Part shown: positions 40,331 to 45,657 of the stretch, in pieces
How positions within the stretch are numbered: position 1 is the stretch's first letter
Layout: every line of letters starts with the position of its first letter
Source: an uncultured Actinomycetes bacterium
GTDB taxonomy: Bacteria; Actinomycetota; Thermoleophilia; Gaiellales; F1-60-MAGs149
Assembly (NCBI GenBank): GCA_903847495.1
Contig: CAINDT010000349.1
Location: 1 to 45,657, forward strand
Reading direction: 5' to 3'
DNA length: 45,657 bases
Made by a program: the position numbers and the translations under genes
Notes under the pieces: generated by a model
Databases searched by the model: none
What the model was told of the DNA's origin: nothing
The model's input: only the letters and a program-made list of their open reading frames with translations

Positions 40331-41230
40331 TCACCGAAACATAGGATCGGGGTACTGGCCCCTGTCGATGAAGCCCTGCCGCTCGCCGTTGTAGGCCCGC
40401 ACGGCTGCATGATCGACCCTTCCGGACGAGTCGAGCAGCCCGAGCGTCTGTGCTCGGCGATCCGACACGGGGAACAGGCTGGCTCGGCAGTTGATGCCGC
40501 ACGGAGGCACGCAGCCCTGGCGGACGATCTCGGCCATCGTGTTGATGTACCCCGAGACCTGCCAGTGGAAGCCGTCGTGGGGATAGAGGCCAGTGGGGTT
40601 GCCGCGGGTGCGGCTGTCCATCTGCTCCCTGATCTCCCAGAGCGGGAACCGCAGGCCGTCGTCGCCCTCGCTGGTCTCGCCGCGACCGTAGGCGAGGCCG
40701 GCGGTCATTCCCGCCTCGGCGATGCCGAGGTTGACCGCGCGGCGGACGGCATCCTGCGCCCGGATCACCGACCTGCGGGGGATGGTCCTGACGAGCGACC
40801 GCGCGTCGTCGTCCTCGGACACGATCTCGAGCGCCCTTCGGGCGGACGCCATCGGGATGTCGAACCGGGTGGCTCGGCGGGAGATGGCGGCTGGGATCCC
40901 GCGCGGGATGAACCGCATGTTGCCGTCGTCCTCGTCGAAGAACAGCAGGTAGAGGATCGCGGTCATGTCGTCGCCGTGCCGGCGCTCGACGTTCTGGTAG
41001 GTGCTCTCGACGGTCGTCAGCGCCTGCGACACGAGCTGGCGCGCCTTCTCGTGGTAGGCGGAGATGTCGGCGAGGGTCGCGCCCTCGCGGAGGTACATGC
41101 GCCTTCCGCGCACATGCGACTCCGCGAGGACGTTCCCCACCTCCGCAGCCATGTCGGCCCATCTGCGGCGGGAGAGACCCCGCAGCCATGTCGCCTTCAT
41201 GCTTCTCTCGGCTGCGGACAGGCCGTTCAT
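40331..41230 (-). CDS. Head morphogenesis protein, SPP1 gp7 / Mu F family, 299 aa
   Basis: DSRTRGNPTGLYPHDG ... VPPCGINCRASLFPV matches the D-x-R-T-R ... PP-x-x-x-NCR signature. ATG at 41230 in an ATGA overlap with the portal stop. Confidence 0.8.
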   Translation of the reverse strand: MNGLSAAERSMKATWLRGLSRRRWADMAAEVGNVLAESHVRGRRMYLREGATLADISAYHEKARQLVSQALTTVESTYQNVERRHGDDMTAILYLLFFDEDDGNMRFIPRGIPAAISRRATRFDIPMASARRALEIVSEDDDARSLVRTIPRRSVIRAQDAVRRAVNLGIAEAGMTAGLAYGRGETSEGDDGLRFPLWEIREQMDSRTRGNPTGLYPHDGFHWQVSGYINTMAEIVRQGCVPPCGINCRASLFPVSDRRAQTLGLLDSSGRVDHAAVRAYNGERQGFIDRGQYPDPMFR

Positions 41231-43506
41231 TCGCCGTCCTCCTCGTCGTCGAGCGGACCCTTGAGTCCGTCGACCCTCGAGTGCTCCGACTTCTCGGCGT
41301 CGAGCCGCGAGACGATGCGGCGCGCCCACGTCCATCCGGCGTCACCGCCCCAGCCGTGCCACGCCTGCCAGCCCTTTCCCTGCTCGTCCCAGGTCTCGCC
41401 CTTCTTGTCCGACTGGTGGCGGTCGAAGTACCGCACCATCCGGCGCACCGTCTCCTCGGACAGCCTCGTGCGGCTCGCGAGGTCGTTCGCGCGCGCGAGA
41501 CCGACGGCGGTCATGCCGCGCTGGCTCTCCGGTTTCGACTCGCGGACCTCGAGCGCCTTGCGCGCGTTCGCGGCCACCTTCGGCGGCGGGACGAATCCCT
41601 CGTCGTCGAAGGTCTCCTTCTCGCCCTTCTTCTCCTCGCGCTCGAACAGCGCCGAGTCGTGGCGGCTTACGCCGTCGTCGCTTCGGATGCCCTCGCGCAC
41701 GGCGACCTGCACCGCCTGCTCGACGGAAAGTCCGCGGCGCACGAGCTCGCCGGCGCGGTCCTTCTGGACCTGGGTGTCCTGCGAGTGCTGCGGGCGTTTC
41801 CGGTTCTCCGTCTTCTCGCCGCACATCGAGTACGCGATGGCCCACGCCTGGTCGTCGGAGTAGCCCTCCTCGACGAGAATCCGGTGCTTGGCGATGACCT
41901 CGTCGCCGATCTCGCGCGCGTTCTTCGACTTGGACGGGGACTTCCGCGTCTTCGGGTAGTCGTGCTTGCCGCTCGCGCAGTTGTTCGTGTCGGTGAACCC
42001 GCCGAACCCGTTGCCGCAGTTCCCCTTCGGCTTGCCGCGCCGGCGCCGTCGGATCGCCTCGCGGCGGAGCTCCTTGTCCGACATCTTCGAGAACACCTGC
42101 TTGGCGTTGAGCATCGGCTCGCCCTCGTCGGTGTCGTCGCCGGGATCGAACTCCTCTCCATCCTCGCCGATCTCGGGGAGAACGTCGCGGGTCTTGCCGG
42201 TGAGCACGGGCTCGTCCTGCTCGGGGATCGCGAGACCGAGCATCTTCCTCGTGTCGGCCTCGGAGACGGTGCCGCCGAGCTCGTTGACGAAGATGCGGAT
42301 GGCCTCGAGCTTCTTCTCCATCTCGGGGCTCTCGACGCTGAACTCGAAGCGCGGGTACACGTCCTGCGGGCCGAAGTTCATGTCGACGATCTCGCGCACG
42401 AGCTGGTGCGTGATCGTCTCGGCTAGCCCGTCGGCGACGAACTTCATCTGCCGCGTGAAGGTCTTGCCGTGCTCCTTGCCGACGCTCGAGCCGAGCCCGG
42501 TGGACACCGCCTCGCTCGTCGCGGCCTGACCGACGATGAGCTCCTTGATGTTCTTCGAGAGCCACTCGCAGAGGTCGGCGAACACCTGCGCGCGCGCAGC
42601 CGCCGGCTCCTTGACCTCGATCTCGTAGTCCTTCTGGCCGGGAGTCATGCGCGGCAGCACCGCGCTCACGTCGCCGACGAGGTTCCGCAGGATGGACTCC
42701 ATCTCCTCCTTGCCGCCCTTCTGCGACATGGGGTAGTAGCCGAGCCTGATGCCCTGCGCGTAACGCTCGGCGAACGTGGCCCAGTTCTGGAGCACCGCCT
42801 GCTTGAGGTTCCAGTACCACCAGACCGTGTCGCGGACGCCCTTGCCCATGTAGGCGTACGCGGTCTCGTACGGGTCGTCGAAGTCAGGCCCGTTGACCAT
42901 GTAGCGGTGCCACACGACGGCGCGGCGCTCGATGGGCGTCAGCACATGCACCCTCGAGTCGAAGCCCTGCTGGGTCTCGCCGTTGGTGCCGTCCATGTCG
43001 CTGTAGTAGCGGGGACCGACGCGGATCGCCGGCTCTCCGTCGATGTTGACCGCGAGGGTGTCCGGGTGGAACGGGAGCCAGTCGGCGGGGACGATGATCC
43101 CGTTGCGGCGCTCGTACACCAGGTTGGCCGCGCTCGAGCCGTACCACACGGCGTCGAGCAGGTGCCTGACGAGGTCGCCGAGCCTCGGCATGCGCGCGAA
43201 GATCTCCTGCGTCCTCGCGGCGATCTCGTCCTGCGCCACGTCCCGCGAGTCGAACGGCTTGATCTGCCACTCGAGTCCCGCGATCGACACCTGGAGCTGC
43301 GTCAGCGGCCCCATGCAGTCGGGGTCGTTGCGCATCTGCTTCATCAGCACCTTGTCCTTGCGGTACGCAAGGGACGGGTTCCGGAGCATGCGCGCGACCG
43401 ACGCGAAGTATGTCCGCTGCATCTCGATGGGCAGCGCGACGGGTCTCATCATCTCGGGAGGGATTCCGGCGTCCTTCGCCTCGCCCTCGTTCAGAAGTTC
43501 ATCCAT
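41227..43506 (-). CDS. Portal protein (Mu gp29/DUF935-like) with long C-terminal extension, 759 aa
   Basis: Directly follows terL with an 8-nt ATGGATGA overlap. GGAGG lies before the ATG at 43506, which is preferred over the TTG at 43542. Followed by the MuF-like gene. Confidence 0.8.
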   Translation of the reverse strand: MDELLNEGEAKDAGIPPEMMRPVALPIEMQRTYFASVARMLRNPSLAYRKDKVLMKQMRNDPDCMGPLTQLQVSIAGLEWQIKPFDSRDVAQDEIAARTQEIFARMPRLGDLVRHLLDAVWYGSSAANLVYERRNGIIVPADWLPFHPDTLAVNIDGEPAIRVGPRYYSDMDGTNGETQQGFDSRVHVLTPIERRAVVWHRYMVNGPDFDDPYETAYAYMGKGVRDTVWWYWNLKQAVLQNWATFAERYAQGIRLGYYPMSQKGGKEEMESILRNLVGDVSAVLPRMTPGQKDYEIEVKEPAAARAQVFADLCEWLSKNIKELIVGQAATSEAVSTGLGSSVGKEHGKTFTRQMKFVADGLAETITHQLVREIVDMNFGPQDVYPRFEFSVESPEMEKKLEAIRIFVNELGGTVSEADTRKMLGLAIPEQDEPVLTGKTRDVLPEIGEDGEEFDPGDDTDEGEPMLNAKQVFSKMSDKELRREAIRRRRRGKPKGNCGNGFGGFTDTNNCASGKHDYPKTRKSPSKSKNAREIGDEVIAKHRILVEEGYSDDQAWAIAYSMCGEKTENRKRPQHSQDTQVQKDRAGELVRRGLSVEQAVQVAVREGIRSDDGVSRHDSALFEREEKKGEKETFDDEGFVPPPKVAANARKALEVRESKPESQRGMTAVGLARANDLASRTRLSEETVRRMVRYFDRHQSDKKGETWDEQGKGWQAWHGWGGDAGWTWARRIVSRLDAEKSEHSRVDGLKGPLDDEEDGE

Positions 43507-44947
43507 ATAGCCTCCAGTACCTCGCCCTTCCGCTCTCCGCAAGCACGGGCTTGGCCGTCAGGCCGTAGCCGGCGCGCATGCACGCCTCCATCAGGTCGAC
43601 GACCGCGTCGACCGTGTCGTCGTGATCCCCGGCGGGGAACGTCGTCATCTCCTCGTAGAGGACCGCGTGGTCCCTCGAGACCTTGCCGCGGTCGCCGCGC
43701 AGGCGCAGGCGTCCCTGCTCCACGAAGGGCTGCTTCTCGCTCGCCCTCGAGAGCTTGTCCTTCGTCCTGACCTGCGGGACCACCGACGTGTTCTCGCACG
43801 CCACGGCCAGCTGCTGCGTCAGGCCGATCTGCGGGCCATTGCCCTCGGCCATCAGGACGGACACCCCGTGCGCCCTGCATTCCCTCGCGCAGATCCGCAG
43901 CCACTCGGGGAACGGACACCGCTGGCGGATCACCCTGTCCACATAGCAGTAGCCGTCCATCGACCGGTGCGCGATCACGAGCACCGAGTAGTCGGGGTCG
44001 CCCTTCTTCACCGTCTTGTCCGTGAACGCGAAGTCGGTCGCCGCGACGACCTGCCCGGTCGCCCGCACGAACTCCGGGATCTCGCCCTCGTAGAGCGCCC
44101 TGTCGAGCCACCAGTGGTCGAACACCAGCTGGTCGCTCGAGACCGGCGACAGCTCGTACGCCCTCGAGTACGCGACCGGCCCGTACTGGACCCGGAGATC
44201 CTCCATCATCGGCGGCGTGTAGACCTCGGTCCACGGGCTCAAGTACCCGCGGACCGGCCTGCGGAACAGCCCGCCGTTCTCGTCGTGGTACTTCCGCCAG
44301 TCCGCCGTGATGTCCGCGACGTGGTACGGCGTGCCGAACTTCCAGATCCTCGGGTTCGGCCTCGAGCGGTCGAGCGTCGGCAACCAGATCGTCCGCCACG
44401 CCTCCTTCACCTGCTCGCGCATCGCTGGCTGCTGGACCGCGTTCCGGAGGTCGCAGATGTCGTCCGCGATCAGGATGTCCGAGCGGCCACCGGCGCGACC
44501 GAACACGCTCACCGACTCCACCGTCGGGTCGCGCATGAACTTCGACCGCTTCACCGTGAACGACGTGTTGCCCCAGGTCGAGTCGTTGTCCGGCTCGATC
44601 TCTGGGAACACCTTCCGGTACTCCTCCGACTGGATCAGCTTCCTGATCAAGGTCACCGTCTTCGTCGCCTCGTCGTCCGACGAGCCCACGATCTTGACGC
44701 GGATCAACGGGTTCCGACCGATCTCCCACGCCACCCGGCCAGCCATCTGGTTGGTCTTCCCATGTCCGCGCGGCAGCTCGACATACGCATTCAGCGACCC
44801 GTCCAGATGGAACTGGAGCTCGTCGTGCATCCGCCCGTTGTCGAACCCGAGCACATACGGCACGAACCAATGCGCGCTCTCGCGGCACCCGTACCAGAAC
44901 TCCTCGAGCGTGAGACCTTCGACATCCACGATGTGGAAGATAAACAT
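43499..44947 (-). CDS. terL: Terminase large subunit, 482 aa
   Basis: Walker A-like PRGHGKTN, Walker B-like SDILIADD, C-terminal nuclease-type GDHDDTVDAVV. RBS AGGAGAAGGTGG before the ATG at 44947. Confidence 0.9.
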   Translation of the reverse strand: MFIFHIVDVEGLTLEEFWYGCRESAHWFVPYVLGFDNGRMHDELQFHLDGSLNAYVELPRGHGKTNQMAGRVAWEIGRNPLIRVKIVGSSDDEATKTVTLIRKLIQSEEYRKVFPEIEPDNDSTWGNTSFTVKRSKFMRDPTVESVSVFGRAGGRSDILIADDICDLRNAVQQPAMREQVKEAWRTIWLPTLDRSRPNPRIWKFGTPYHVADITADWRKYHDENGGLFRRPVRGYLSPWTEVYTPPMMEDLRVQYGPVAYSRAYELSPVSSDQLVFDHWWLDRALYEGEIPEFVRATGQVVAATDFAFTDKTVKKGDPDYSVLVIAHRSMDGYCYVDRVIRQRCPFPEWLRICARECRAHGVSVLMAEGNGPQIGLTQQLAVACENTSVVPQVRTKDKLSRASEKQPFVEQGRLRLRGDRGKVSRDHAVLYEEMTTFPAGDHDDTVDAVVDLMEACMRAGYGLTAKPVLAESGRARYWRLYG

Positions 44948-45035
44948 CCACCTTCTCCTTACAACGAGGGATGTTCGATAAACGCGATGTGCCGAGTGTT
45001 GTTAGAGCCTGATCGCAAGAACGCTTGCCATCTGC

Positions 45036-45054
45036 TCGAACAACCGTCGAACGG
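45036..45054. repeat. 19-bp direct repeat TCGAACAACCGTCGAACGG, copy 2
   Basis: Identical to 143-161. Confidence 0.9.
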
Positions 45055-45152
45055 GAAGTTCCAGGCGAACTCCACGCACATACCGGGGGGTCTGCGTTTG
45101 GCGCCCGTATCACCTCCACTGACGGAATGTTTGAGTGTTTGGGCCACCGTCT

Positions 45153-45168
45153 AACGGAAGGTTCCGTT
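45153..45168. promoter_or_regulatory. Palindrome AACGGAA-GG-TTCCGTT upstream of terL
   Basis: Read directly. Confidence 0.35.
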
Positions 45169-45499
45169 GGGTAGGCTCGCGAGGAGGAGGGTTAGTAAGC
45201 ACCCCCTACCCCTGTCGCTACGTGTGTCGGTCGCGTCGGCGCGGCGCCGCGCGTCTCGCATCGGTCGATCCGAGACGGTTGCAGCGTCCGCGCAAGCGAT
45301 CGGTTGCGCCAGTGAGCACGCGCGCGCATCGTCCGACGGGTTAGCTCGCGAGCATCTCGGCGCGAGCCCCTCGGCGCGTCGGCTCCTGCCTGCCTGCCTG
45401 CGTGGGGCGAGTCGGTGGCCGGCCATGCCATCGCGGGCGCCAGTGCGGCGCCTAGGTCGATCCCCGCGGGCTCGGTTGTGGTTCCCCGTTCGTCGGCTC

Positions 45500-45519
45500 G
45501 CGTACCCTCTCGGGTACGC
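45500..45519. promoter_or_regulatory. Perfect hairpin GCGTACCC-tctc-GGGTACGC at the repeat boundary
   Basis: Read directly. Followed by a C/T-rich tract. Confidence 0.4.
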
Positions 45520-45657
45520 TCTCTCGACTCTCTGCGGGGTTCTCGTTGGCCGAGGTAATGCTACGTCGGCACCTCTGCGGAATTCCATCGAACAAGTGCC
45601 GACGGAGCAAAGAAACAACCCGCGCGGGGCTCGCGCGGGTTGGGTTTCTCTTCCTCC
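45517..45657. repeat. Terminal direct repeat, right copy (141 bp)
   Basis: Identical to 1-141. Confidence 0.97.

Larger units (their letters stand above)
1..45657. mobile_element. Complete genome of a high-GC tailed bacteriophage (Caudoviricetes); circular or terminally redundant assembly, unique length 45,516 bp
   Basis: Full head, tail, lysis, recombination and replication gene set. Bases 1-141 are exactly identical to 45517-45657. Confidence 0.9.

Noticed and set aside
44959-45147. A 62-aa ORF (GTG start) immediately upstream of terL as the small terminase.
   Set aside because: It shows only a weak third-position GC bias (13/20 by hand count), odd composition, no RBS and no recognisable TerS features. 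I left it unannotated.
1-45657. CRISPR arrays, IS elements or transposase genes.
   Set aside because: There is no regularly spaced repeat-spacer structure, and no transposase-like ORF or terminal inverted repeats.

Overview
This window is a complete, high-GC tailed-phage genome, roughly 60-65% GC by eye. Bases 1-141 are identical to 45517-45657, so the unique length is 45,516 bp and the molecule is circular or terminally redundant.

About 65 of roughly 70 genes lie on the minus strand. Read along that strand from the right end, the order is:
- Head: terL, portal (Mu gp29-like), MuF-like head morphogenesis protein, scaffold, DUF2190-like decoration protein, major capsid protein.
- Neck and tail: connectors, tail tube, chaperones, a tape measure protein with a poly-Gly tract, and two large distal-tail proteins.
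- A long tail-fibre and lectin arsenal.
- A holin/spanin-like cassette with no endolysin that I can recognise.
- An accessory block: metallophosphoesterase, Ig-like protein, two lectin-like paralogues, and a 650-aa protein with about 52 cysteines plus a zinc-finger partner.
- Recombination: PD-(D/E)XK exonuclease and RecT.
- Regulators, an SF2 helicase, many small proteins, a Toprim primase and RusA.

A short plus-strand operon (2756-5276) ends in a 242-aa serine recombinase. A leftward operon of five small genes (2178-162) ends at a bidirectional terminator.

Most gene junctions are start/stop overlaps (ATGA, GTGA, TTGA, TGATG). I used these to re-set many starts away from the Arg/Pro-rich extensions in the ORF track.

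The most unusual items are:
- the unassigned cysteine-rich three-gene module (16180-18860);
- the multi-copy fibre-anchor modules, including anchor-only mini-ORFs;
- the post-lysis lectin and phosphoesterase block;
- several repeated regulatory cassettes.

I found no tRNA, CRISPR array, reverse transcriptase or transposase. All family assignments come from motifs recognised by eye and need confirmation by profile searches.
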